Below the pieces are notes generated by a model. That model had not been told where the DNA came from. It saw only the letters and a program-made list of their open reading frames with translations, and did no database searches. From contig JAAILG010000054.1 in the NCBI GenBank assembly GCA_012026655.1, positions 1-64,000 of the forward strand: a stretch of DNA of 64,000 nt, read 5' to 3'. Each line of letters opens with the position of its first letter. The first letter of the stretch is position 1. The position numbers and the translations under genes are program-made. The DNA is from Hydrolagus affinis. Lineage: Eukaryota. Positions 14,075-26,084 of this stretch are shown here, piece by piece.

Positions 14075-14603
14075 ACAATGATTTATTCACGCCTTCATTG
14101 CATCCCGGCTCGATTATGCAAACGCTCTGCTTGTTGGCCTTCCCAAGTCCTCCCTCCACAGGCTGCAGATAATCCAGAACTCTGCGGTCCGTGTCCTCCA
14201 CAGTTCCAAACTCCTTGACCCCATCTCCCCCATCCTCGCCCGGCTCCGTTGACTCCCCATCATCCAGAGGATCCAATTCAAGATCCTGGTCATCACATTT
14301 AAAGCCCTCCACAACCTCGCCCCACCCTACATCTGTGACCCCCTATCAACCTGGTTCTGGCCTGCTCCACATCCCCTGCCCCACAATTGGCAGGCTAGCC
14401 TTTAACCACTCTGCCCTCAACCTCTGAAACTCCATCCCGCAGTCCCTCCGCCTCGCCCCCTCCCTGGCCTCTTTCAAGTCTCGCCTCAAGACTCTTTTTG
14501 ATAGACTGATCGGCAACTCCTTACACCACCCCCCCCACCACCACCCACCACAGGACATCCTCCTGACGTGAAAGGTGCTATACAAGTATAATTTTGTTCT
14601 TGT
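14075..14603 (+). mobile_element. L2 LINE 3' fragment
   Basis: HAFIASRLDYANALLVGLP ... LQIIQNSAVR remnants, then the L2 tail ggacatcctcctgacgtgaaagg. Confidence 0.88.
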
Positions 14604-15884
14604 TAGTGCCTACCAACATATTTTCATTCATCCATTCAGGTGTATTACAGCCTGTCTTGTGAACTGTTCATTATTTCAGATAGTCTTAGGTGTATTTTCT
14701 GCTGTTTTACTCTATTTGAACTGAAAAGTTCACATTGATGCAGTTTTAACATGGGCTCTTTTGGATTTCTCAGCCTTTCTCCACAATCAGCTTTGTGTTC
14801 AATTTGGTGACCACCTTTGGGTTGAATTTGAAGTTAATTCTGCTGTTATCCGCAACTGGAACTGCAGAATTAGTTCCAAGTTGTTTACAAAACTCTTCAG
14901 GTTTTCAATTGCACTGCCTTCTTCATGTCCTCACGCTAACCCACATCAGCTTTCTACTATTCTGCGCTCACTCTCTGAACTTCATCCTGGACTGCTCCAT
15001 CTAGCCCTTATTGTCCCAGTCTTCAAAACCCATCTTATTACCCATCTTTTCTGCAGCACTATTGTCTCTCTCCACCCCTGCCCCCAACAACTGGGCTTCT
15101 AGTCAGCAGTGTAAATTGCTTTCAGACGCTCTCCTTATGTGAAAGCTTCTAAATGTAAGATGTTGAGTAGTGTTCTGAGACTGTTGTGTGCTGGTGACAT
15201 TATCTGCTTTGAGGGAACATTTCCAAATCAATGTTACAATTAGGAGCAAGAACCTTTGCTGCCTATCACAACTCCAATGAAGCACAGCAACTCAGCATGT
15301 ACTAGGGACAAAACTCAAATCTTTCATTGGCTGCAATTGTGCCAAATAACTGCAGTGAAATGTAATGGGTTTGTTTTTGCCAAACCCAAATTGTTAACAG
15401 CACCAAGTGAAACGATGTCATCAAATGACCCATTGCTTGATCATTTCTGCTTATGATTAATTTTGGAGAAGGCGTAAGTGAATCAAGTTTAAGCAGATCA
15501 TCGTACATTTATGTATCCGCACTGTGGTTGATTAAAGTTAAAGCCAAGGTGGGCTCACTGAAAATTGCACTGGAATCTTTTACTTTCACTGTCCCCTTCA
15601 AACACATTGTGTCCGGGGCTTCTGTGACTTGATATTTTGCTGCAAGACAGCAAATCTGCAATGTTCTGTGAATTTGTGGAGACATTTTATATCTGTTGCA
15701 AACATAGTAAATATATCCCCAGATTTACCAAAGGTGGAATTAGTCTCAAACCTCACTTTAAGACTTTGATTTTACTTAAGATACTTTACATTTTAAAGAA
15801 ATGTTTGAGACATGTGGATTTTTAGAAGTAACATCTTTACTTTTTAGCTTTGAAATTGGAAGAAGTGTTCAAACAAAAGTGTTG

Positions 15885-16492
15885 TAGGGTCTGTCGATAT
15901 GGAAATTTTCCGATTTAGATATATTGATGGGCTCATATCGAGATATACCGAAATATCGATATTTTGGGGTTTTTTGTACTGCACATGCGCGCACGTCGTG
16001 AGGTGCGCGCGCATTCGGAGATGCGCTCGCATTCGGGGCCTATCTCCTTAGGAGGTAAATATCTCTCTTTCTCTATATCTCTCTCACTCTCTCCATCTCT
16101 GTGTTTTTCTGTCTGTGTCTCTGTGTCNNNNNNNNNNNNNNNNNNNNNNNNNNNNNNNNNNNNNNNNNNNNNNNNNNNNNNNNNNNNNNNNNNNNNNNNN
16201 NNNNNNNNNNNNNNNNNNNNNNNNNNNTGTCTCTCCCCCCCTCACCCCTTGCATATCTGTATATTGTATTCTAGGACTAAGAATACAATATGGCGGCTTT
16301 GCACCTCGGTCTGTGCATTGTGTATAGAGATGAGCATTCTGGGTCTTGTAGTTCAATGTGCGCGCATTCCGATTTTTTCCCTCGATATATCGATTTTTCG
16401 ATATATCGATATTTTTAGAATGTCTATATCGGCATATCGATGTGAAAATTATATCGGGTATAACCGATATATCGATATATCGCCGGACCCTA
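15885..16492. mobile_element. hAT-type MITE copy 2 (inverted relative to copy 1), containing a CT/GT microsatellite and a gap
   Basis: Termini TAGGGTCTG ... CGGACCCTA; the left end matches the reverse complement of the copy 1 right end; flanks share only tgttg. Confidence 0.82.
16128..16227. other. Assembly gap (100 N)
   Basis: Run of N flanked by simple CT/GT repeats. Confidence 0.99.
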
Positions 16493-17609
16493 GTATGTTG
16501 ATATTAATGTTAAATTTGAACTGAATGCAAATTTTATAGGTATAAAATGTAGTGAAAGATTTTACTGAAAAAACTGCCCTTTGATACTTTATTAAAATTT
16601 TTAATATTGCATATGCTCATAGAAGCCAAGTCACTCTTTTGAGTATTTTTGAACAGGCTGTTCTCCAAGAAGTTTGCTTCAAAGACTCCTTTTTGGAGCT
16701 TCGATAATGAATGTAAGCAGAAGTTGGGTTACATTTTTACGGCCATGATAAATCTTAAAAATACCTTTCAATGATTTCCAGAAGTGAAAATCATGTACTT
16801 AATGTGGCATAGCAGAACTTCAACACAAATGTAATTCCTAGTGCTGTCAGTGCTTATTTAAATAGGGCTATTGCTTCACTTTGGTAACTTGTTACTTAAA
16901 CCAATTAACAATTTAGGGAAAGAAAGCTCTTCCCAAACTGAATTTGTCACATGAAATGAAACGTGTTTTTTTTCTACTAAAGTCATTTATTTTTGCCAAG
17001 TTTCTTTTTAACGATTCCCTTTAATCCTTGGGATAGAAATGATCGAGATTAAACCAGTTGCCTTACAGCGAACACTAATGGGAATTTGAACTTGTTTGTT
17101 CAAACAACGTGACTTTATTGCTAATTACATTCTGCTTCTTAAGTTTCTTATGCCCTTTCTCCTTAGCAAGGCAAAATTGTTCCGTGGGTTGACTTTTTAT
17201 AAAAATTATAACCAAATCTGAGAGAATTGGTGTTAATGGAAGAAATTATTCTTGAAACATATTGCATCTTTGGGATAATCTAATTCTATGATCTTGTGCA
17301 AGGGCGCAGCCCAGAGGGAGTGAAATGCACTGGAATTGTTAATGAAATCTGATCACGTGATGTGACGATCTGAAAGGAGGTGTAGAGAATTGTAATTGGC
17401 TGGATAAATGGTAGATTTGTGCTGTTCACTGTTTTGAACAGGCAGAGCAAGTTGACTTAAGACTGTTTTAAAAATGTCTTGGTAGTGAGATTGAGATAGA
17501 CACCAGTAACACCAAATTTGGCAATCATGGGCTTTGCTGCCTTTCTGTGGTCCTTTTTGTCAAAATGCACCCAAGGGCTCTGTGACAGCTAAATATCACT
17601 TATTCTCAA

Positions 17610-17708
17610 ATGGATTCTGAGACGAGAGAAAGATGCCCGATGTTTGTTATTATCAATTCCCATTGCTGCTGCTGCTCCCATCAAAACGACCATGTTCATG
17701 TCAATGAG
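17610..17708 (+). CDS. WNK1: KS-WNK1 alternative first exon 4a (coding part)
   Basis: ATG at 17610, 33 codons MDSETRERCPMFVIINSHCCCCSHQNDHVHVNE, then GAG|gtgagt. The phase-0 donor matches the phase-0 acceptor of exon 5. FVIINSHCCCC matches the mammalian exon 4a peptide as recalled (MDIKKKDFCSVFVIINSHCCCCPQKDCINE). Confidence 0.92.
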
Positions 17709-19252
17709 GTGAGTAATGGATCTGTTACTGACATTTTTTAAGTAATTGAACTTAATTTGACAAATTTGGTTTTGCCTTTTAATTTGTGGTAAATGTTTGC
17801 CATTATTCAGTTGTCACAGATTTCTGTGTCTTGTAAATTGGTGTATTTCAAAAAGCATTTTTATACAGGTTTGGGTTGAAAATGTTATTCAAGCAGGCTG
17901 GTCCAGTGTGATATATGAATTTATTGTAAAAATCCTACTATTTAAAGAAGAAAAAATAATATACCAAATTCAGGAAAGTTAAGGCATTTGTCAGCTGAAT
18001 TTAAAATTTTGAATTCAGCATTGAGCATGGAGATTTTGTAAATGTCTATAAATATTTTTGGAAAAAGTAGCAATGGAATTAAAAATATCAAACTAAACAG
18101 ATATTCGTCAACATTGATCATAATGTACATTGGACGAGATTGGGAAGGGAGGAGGAGATTGAAAGATAAGAAAGTTGTTTGAACCTGCATCTCTGGCTTC
18201 CCTTTCTCGGACTAATGTTCCAAGTTTTTGAGAGTGGAAATGTTAATATTTGGCTCTAATTTTCGGGCAAGAGAAGAGGTGAATTGCACAAGAAATTAAG
18301 TAAATGTGCAAAAATTGTACCAGTATTTATGGAATATCTAATATGGTGAGATTTTTGAGAAAATATATTTATTTGACTCATAGTTTATTGTCTTGGTACA
18401 TTGAATCAATATTTTCTCATGACAAAGAACTTTAGATTTCTTTTCACTATAGACTTTTCCTGTACTATTGGTGTCTATGGACAGAAAACTTGAATGCTCA
18501 ACCGATACAATGAATGAAACCTGAGCAAATCAATTTATATAACCTGCAAGAATGTGGCGAAGCAATCTACTTAACAGTTGTCAAATGAGTTTTAAACAGT
18601 TGAATGCAATTTTGATTCTCTGAAATAAGTATCATATTTTCATCAACTATTGGTATAGAAGTAAAATTTATAAGCGGCAAAAATATTAGGGTTTTTTATT
18701 AGGCTTTTTAAAAAAAAAAAGAAATACTGTCATGTTTTTGAACCATTGCATTTGAATGTATTAATTTCGAGTGGTTCAGCATTTCAAATAGTAGGAAGCC
18801 TTTGGAAGGCCTCAGATGTCAGCCTGGTTGGCAGTAGTCTCGCCTCTTAAGTCGGAAAGTTGTGGATTCAAGCCTACAAAGGGACTTCACCCTTAACTCA
18901 TTGGCTAACACTCCAATTGAGTTCTGGGATTCACTGCATTATGAGTGATGTCTAGATGTCATCACAATGCTACCATTGCTACCCTTGCTTAGTGCTTTGT
19001 ATTTTAAGATGTGAGATCTCTTAACAGAGTGAATGTTGACCAAGTGGTGGTAGGGGAGTGGGGGGGTGAGGGTGAGATCCAGAGTGATTCAGCAGAGTTA
19101 GTGAGATTAAATTCCTTTCTTGAATATCTGCATACTTTGCATCACAAACCATGGGTTGGATACTTAATTTCAAATGAGTAGTATTTATGGACCTCAAAGA
19201 CGGGGGTTGCAAGATAATTGCTTAACAATCTTGTGGCCAGTGTCCACATGGA

Positions 19253-19557
19253 GACCTGAAGCACAGTAGTTAGAACACTCACCTTACAAGTGAGACACCT
19301 GGGTTCGATTCCAGGCAGGGCGAATCCTTAGGCAAGTTTCCTTATTCCACATGCCTAATAATATCCCTTGAAAAAAACAATAATAAATTGGTCATTTCAA
19401 TCCACGACTGTTGTGGGACACTGCTGTGTGCAATTGATTGCCATAAATTACCCACAAATATACAGTCAATTCACTTAACAGCATATTTCTGTGAAGTGTT
19501 TTGAGATGTCTAGAAGACGTGAAAAGCTCTATATCAAATGCAAGGATTATTATTATT
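19253..19557 (+). mobile_element. tRNA-derived SINE, near full length
   Basis: B-box ggttcgattcc, core tccacgactgttgtgggacactgctg, tail caaatgcaaggattattattatt. Confidence 0.87.
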
Positions 19558-20315
19558 TCTCAATTTGGAGCTGTCTTGTAGCTGAAAGGCTTGTCTGCAG
19601 CTCCAAATCCCTTTAGATTTGGTAGATTAGTCTACCTCATCCGAGTGACCAGGTAGACGAGTAAAATGTGGGCTACTTCATGCACCATACTACCCTGTGG
19701 TCTTTATTTCTCCTATGAGGAATGAAAATACAGTTGAATCTATTCAACTTGAAGAATGAGCTTATACTAGGGAATGAGTGCAAGGCTGCAACCTGATGAC
19801 TGCATATAGGTTTATTTTGTGTATCTTGATTTCATTATTGACCCATAACTTATGTCAAACGTATTCTGAGTATTAAAGAATATTTTTTTGCTTACAAACC
19901 ATGAATTGCAATTATAGACATCTGTTTCAAGTTGTGCTTCTGTTTCTGAGCTGTAATACAACAGAAAATTATTATATTCAATTAAATTATAAAAAAAAGT
20001 CTTGGTATGTAGTAAAAAATAGTCAGTATCGCATTATACAGCGAGTTACCAAAATAATTTGGGTGAAATTTAAATTGGGGAACTTGCAACGATATTAAGC
20101 TAAGATAAAGCTTAAAAGATCATTTAAAAAAAATAGAAAACCACAGTTCAATCCAGGCATGTTTTATCCAATGTTAAAAATAGCAGATGTGGGTGATGTA
20201 CTTTGCCAATTACACATTGTCTCATACATCTATAACAAATTTGTGATAATGTACTAATTATCTAAGAAGTAATCTTTACTTCTGAGTTGAGCCTGATGAT
20301 TCTTCTGTTTTTCAG

Positions 20316-20404
20316 GGTGTCAAGCCAGCTAGCTTTGACAAAGTCGCAATCCCTGAAGTTAAAGAAATAATCGAAGGCTGTATCCGGCAGAATAAAGATG
20401 AACG
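20316..20404 (+). CDS. WNK1: WNK1 exon 5
   Basis: ttttcag|GGTGTCAAG ... GAACG|gtaaat; 89 nt; [30 protein letters not shown]. Confidence 0.96.
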
Positions 20405-21046
20405 GTAAATGCTTAGCTTGTTGTAGGAGGAAAAACATTCCAAACTAAATTAGAAAAAAGAACGTTTGAAATGAGTAATAAGAATCTAATTGTTGGCTAA
20501 TGTCACCATATACAGAACCTGTTTTGTATTTATTCCCACATGAATTTTAGAGGCAAAATTTAGACTGTTTGTGTTCAATTTTCAGTTAAAACACTTTTTA
20601 ATTTTGTTGTCCCAAGTATGTCCCTGTTGTTTGTTGATTACTCTCATCTCTTCTCATCCCCTCCCAACCCCCTCCCACTTTCCCCATATTGTTTTTCACC
20701 AGAAGTTCATCTTTTACAGTGCTGCTAACTGAACTGATTTTTTTTCTGCAAATTGTTTGAGAAAAATCACCCTTGCACCTTTTCCTTTGCACCTCTAACA
20801 ATCAGCCATAACAAAAAACTGCTTTGCCATGCCTGCATTCTTTGAGTTGGATAAAATGGCAGAAAGTTACAGAAACTTTTGTTCCTTAACCTGAGTTAAT
20901 ATTGCTAGTGGAGAAAGTCCACTGCAAGATCAACACATTCTTTACAATTAAAGACTGAAAATCTTTTTAAAATTTGGAAAGATCCAATGAGAAATTATGT
21001 GTTTTCTTTCCATCTTACTGATGTGCTGTATTCAAATGGATTTAAG

Positions 21047-21266
21047 GTATGCCATCAAGGACCTTTTGAGCCATGCCTTCTTCCAGGAAGAGACTGGTGT
21101 ACGTGTAGAATTGGCAGAAGAAGATGATGGTGAAAAACTTGCAATTAAACTATGGTTGCGAATAGAAGACATTAAGAAGCTTAAAGGAAAATACAAGGAT
21201 AATGAAGCCATAGAATTCTTGTTTGATCTGGAAAGAGATGTTCCGGAGGATGTAGCACAGGAAATG
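21047..21266 (+). CDS. WNK1: WNK1 exon 6 (kinase end, CCT-like autoinhibitory domain)
   Basis: tttaag|GTATGCC ... GAAATG|gtaagg; 220 nt; [73 protein letters not shown]. Confidence 0.96.
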
Positions 21267-21518
21267 GTAAGGAGTATAGTTCATCAAAATGGATTTTGAA
21301 TGATAGAGCTGTAATTTACAGATTGGAAGCCCAAACTGTCTTTGTATAGAGTGCAGCAAAGTACAGCAGTTTGTCCAGACACTTGAAAGGGTGGAAAACT
21401 TCCAGGAGACCCTTGCTAAGAAACTTTTTCTTGTCATTCTTTGTTTTTAATCCCAGTATAGCCTGAATTGGAAATTCTGTAATGATCCAGATTATAACAG
21501 AACTGTGCTTTGTTAAAG

Positions 21519-21879
21519 GTGGAATCTGGATTTGTAAGTGAAGGAGATCACAAAACCATGGCCAAAGCTATCAAAGATCGGGTGTCTTTGATCAAACGGA
21601 AACGGGAGCAACGTCAGTTGGCAAGGGAAAAGCAAGAGAAGAAGAAACTGGAGGAGCAGCGAGAACAGCAGAAGAAATCGGATCAACTACAGCAGCAAAA
21701 ATCACAGCAAGGAGCCAGTATATCTCAACCTGGAGTGGGAGTTGCTCATTCGTCTCAGTTGCCTACCACAGCAGTCCCTTCTGCACTCCCTGGAACCCTT
21801 CCAACCCAAGTTGAACCAGAAGAGCCTGAAGCAGATCAGCACCGACTGCAGTACCATCCAGCTGGCAACTCGGCTGCAT
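21519..21879 (+). CDS. WNK1: WNK1 exon 7 (coiled coil and acidic KLHL3-binding motif)
   Basis: ttaaag|GTGGAATCT ... GCTGCAT|gtaggt; 361 nt; VESGFVSEGDHKTMAKAIKDRV ... EPEEPEADQHRLQY. Confidence 0.93.
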
Positions 21880-22638
21880 GTAGGTTACCTTTCAATCTTC
21901 ATGAAAAACAATTTGCATTTATTGATTTGGTTAATATCCTCCCCTTAACGTAGCCAGAATATTGTCACGGTTCTGAGCAATAATCCATCCTGTCCTGTTT
22001 TTATTTCTAGGTGACAGATTTATCAGTTGCCATTTTTTCTTGAATTGTGAGCAGAAAATGACGAAAGGCGCATTTGTGCTGGCAATTTCTCATATAAAGA
22101 GCTCCTGATCATGGTTTACGAGCCAGCATATGGGAAGATTGCCTGCATTTTTGAGAAGCTATCCCACTGCCAGATTCTGTACTACTCGGGTGTATTCTGA
22201 GTTGTACGTTGAGTGAATGGGGATCAATGTTGGATCACCAACCTTCTGGCTAGTCAAGAGTTCCAGTATTTAGTGCAGTTCTAAAACATCCAATTGAATT
22301 TGGAAATAAACAGCCAATACATATTGATGTTAATGAGGAATATGTTCCTCAAAACTGAACACCCATTCCCTTTAAAAATATCCCTTAAAGAAAATAATAG
22401 TGTACTTTAACTTTGGGCCCCAAATGTTAAGAATTCACACAAAATCTTATTGAAATGTTGTACAGGCCGGTTACAAGGTGGTCTTTAGTCTTGTGCCAGC
22501 AGAAACATTTGTGTCGGTTGATAACCTTAATAATAATCTAGCACATTTTGTGCATATTTTGTGAGCGCAACGTGATTAGTTTTACCATATTAACTTCCTG
22601 AAAAGAGAAATTTGAATAGTATTTTCCCTTTTCCCTAG

Positions 22639-22829
22639 CTGATGGCACTTTTGACAGTGGCCAGAGTTCATCTGGATTTTCAGAATCACATGGTAGTCAA
22701 ACTGTTTCCTATGGTGCTGCTCAAGAACAGCACATTCCATCGAGCCAAGTCCCTGCATACAGCCCACCACATGTCCAGGCTGCAGCAGTGCAGCAGCAGC
22801 AACCGCTTGGTTTTCAACAGCCTGTTGGG
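22639..22829 (+). CDS. WNK1: WNK1 exon 8
   Basis: ttccctag|CTGATGGC ... GTTGGG|gtaagt; 191 nt; SDGTFDSGQSSSGFSESHGSQTVSYG. Confidence 0.92.
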
Positions 22830-24332
22830 GTAAGTTGACTGGCCAGGTTGTGTCTTATTTAAATATTAATAAAGCCATGACACCCACTGGGGAGCTTTTT
22901 TTGTGAGCTACAGCTTTGTATTCATGTTACAGAGAAACACATATAACCCCAAATTTTATTTTTTCAACTTCACATCAGACAAACTATTTTGGAAAAGTTT
23001 ACTGTCCCGAAGGTAAACTTAATTTTACATGAAATGGGTTAAAGCAGATATGTTTGTTTTAGAAATGAATTTTATTTGAAATGGTCCATTAAAAAGATGA
23101 TGCTTTCAGTGCTTTCTGCAGCTTTTAAAATAACAAATGTGACATGTTTTTTGTTTTCATTCTAATGTTTATTTTTTTCAAAAACACATGGTGAGGAATA
23201 GGAAACTATTTTTTCACTTTCATACCTGAAGCTTGTTGGAGTTGCCTATTGTACTGGTGATTTTAGAAGGAGGGTTTCTTTATGATAGTGATGTTTGGGC
23301 ACAAGCACTACAGGAAAAGCTGTGGCTCGTGGTGTGACTGTGTAATGGTTGTGTGATTTTGTTTACATACATTGATATCCTTAAAAACTTGTTCCTGAAT
23401 GCATCACCTGAGTAGGTGTCTATTTCAATACGTCAAAAGTTTTGCAACAATCCTGACTTGACTTCAAATTCGTAATTGCCCGTTTTCGCAGAGTGATTGG
23501 AAGAAAAAGAGTGCAGAGTATTGCTCCAGGTACAGTCAAACACTGTGACTATAATGTACCGGAAGGTGGACAATTATCCTAACGTGATATTACTATGGAT
23601 CAGTCATTGCTTGTAGATCTGATGGTATTTGGCTTTACTCCATCACTGTGTGAAAACATGACATGCTTATGGCATGTGAAGTCATTTTAATTAATTGTAG
23701 AATGATGCACCTGACATTATTCTCGTTGTCATCAATTTCGCTGCTGCGCATAAAATAATTTTCATGCAAAGTGCAAATCACGCTTTAACCCTTGCATTAT
23801 TTTACTTTTATAATTGCACACTTTGTCAGCTATAGTTCTCGTCATTTGCAGGCTGCTTGCTGTTTTTTATTCTTCTGTCCAAGAAGCATCTATTGGATGT
23901 TTTGTTTCCTTGATCGTTCTTGGATTCTGTCTACTGGCCAATGGTAAACCGGATAACACCTGCAAGAATCTCTTTTAGTATTACTGACACTTGAATAGTT
24001 AAAGAAAAATAACCACCTCATCTCCAAGAACATTAGCAGAAAAAGCTTCCTCCATATATCCTGTGAAGCTAAACATCTTGTGGATACATGGAGTTCAAGT
24101 TGTAGAGAACTCGCACTTTCATATCTTAATTTCTTTAATTTAAAGAAATTTGCATGATTATGTGATTGTTAGAAACTTATTTCCCTTCTGTTGCCATTGA
24201 CAAGATGCCATCATTGAGCACCATCATGTGTGTCCTAGCATGTCTTATCTATGTGTACATACATGTTGCTGTCCAGTTTACTGTCGGTCAGTCATATGTG
24301 TTGGTGCTTATTCCTTTTTTTTTTTTCTTCAG

Positions 24333-24584
24333 CCTCGACGAGGTCGTAGCATGTCCGTTTCTGTTCCCCACCTTTCTGCCATTCCTGATTTACCCTGCAT
24401 TCCCAGAACACCCTCTTCTCCGCCACCAGTTTTCTCTCCACCTCTCTCCCCCCATGTTCGGACTGTTCCTGAAGAAACATTTGCAGAAAAACTTTCAAAA
24501 GCATTGGAAAGCGTCCTGCCAATGCACTCAACTCTTCCACGCAAACAGCGCCGCTCCAGCCTCCCGTGTATTAGTTTCAACCCT
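24333..24584 (+). CDS. WNK1: WNK1 alternative exon 8b
   Basis: Long U tract cttcag|CCTCGACGA ... AACCCT|gtatgt; 252 nt, phase 0-0; PRRGRSMSV ... PEETFAEKLSKALESVLPMHS ... RRSSLP, motifs typical of WNK1 8b. Confidence 0.9.
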
Positions 24585-25317
24585 GTATGTTACACGTGAC
24601 TCATGAGGATAAGTTGTCATTAAATAAAACTATCATGGGCACCAGGTTTTACTGTCATGAAATCAGAGTTGTTTTTATCAGCTTCTAATTTGGCTCAGTT
24701 AGATAATTTTTTTTAAAAAAATTTGCGAGGGAGACAGTTTATGTGATAAGAAATGTAGAATGATTTGAATTAATTTGACAATTAACATGAAACTATAAAT
24801 AGATAACTTAAAATATACTAACTCAACAAGTTTATTACATGTGACAATGTTAACTGGTACAGAGGGCTTTTGTGTTTGCATTAAAGTTTAGAGAATGAAA
24901 TGTAGAGCAAAATAGTTTTCAAGGTTGCATATTAAACCAGCTACTTATGTTTAGCTTGTTTTTGAAAGTATTAGTTGCTCTGATAATTTGTTGGAGAAGC
25001 TCTGCATTTACAAGGAATAGTGAAATTGCTTTACTGTCAAGGAGAAAGAGTGTCAGATTTGCAACCTGGCAGGAGCTATGACGCTAATATTGGCAGTTTG
25101 TATTTCATAAACATGGAAAAACCATCAGCAGGGATGTTGATGAAATTAACAAAATTAGACAAAATTATTTTAATTTGTCTCAACTAGAATTTATAATAAT
25201 CCTTGATATAATGCTTTTCATGTTTTTAGACTTCTCAAAGCTCTTCACAGAATACTATAACAACAACAAATTTACATGTTTAGAATGCCTTTCACGTCGG
25301 GAGGACATCCTAATATA

Positions 25318-25604
25318 CAATATAGAATATACTGTGAAGTGGATTGACTGTATATTTGTGGGGGAAACTCGTCAGCCAATTGCGCGCATCAGTGTCCCAC
25401 AAACAGTCGTGGATTGAGTAACCAAATTATTATATTTTCCGGAAAAGGGATCTGCCAATTGCCTAACAACTGAGTTCCTTCTTATAGCTAGATAAACAGG
25501 CGTGTGGGGTAAGGAAATTTGCCCCAAATTTCGCCCTGCCAGGAATAGGATCCAGATCTCTTGCTTGCAAGGCGAGTGCTCTAACCACTGAGCTACAGAA
25601 CTCT
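25318..25604 (-). mobile_element. tRNA-derived SINE
   Basis: Reverse complement of the same family; ends ctaaccactgagctacagaactc. Confidence 0.85.
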
Positions 25605-26084
25605 ACAGTCATTTTGGGGTCAAACAGTATTGACCATATGAAAAATATGTTGACTAAATAGGTGACAGTTAATTCTGATAATGGTATGTATCGTGGCCAT
25701 GGGAATGCATATTTTTTTTTTAAACTGGGGATTAAGGTCAATAGATTTCCAAGGATGTGCTCCAGTCAAAGGCAACAATTTGAGCTTTATTGAAGTTTTC
25801 CGGCTTTGGCAGAAGCGTTCAAATAAAATCATCTCTGCATTTATGCAATGCTTTTATGATATAAATAGCATGCGGAAATGTAAAAACCTGTGCCCAAAGT
25901 TCTATTTAATGCCTTGGTTAATTCTGTATTTTTTTTCCTTTTAAATGTTGTATGTTTGTCTGACATGGTCAGTAACTTCATTCTATTATGTCATTCATAG
26001 TGTTGTCCAAGCAACAGCTAGTTTGTGATGCATTTTTAATTTCTCTACTCTTATGAGATTTTTATCTTGTTCATGTTAATGCAG

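Noticed and set aside
21810-21850. Acidic degron reads EPEEPEADQHR rather than ...QHQ
   Set aside because: The core EEPEADQH is intact; a flanking change alone is not evidence of altered KLHL3 binding.
21990-22020. Acceptor-like tttttatttctag in intron 7
   Set aside because: No matching donor or plausible coding frame was found.
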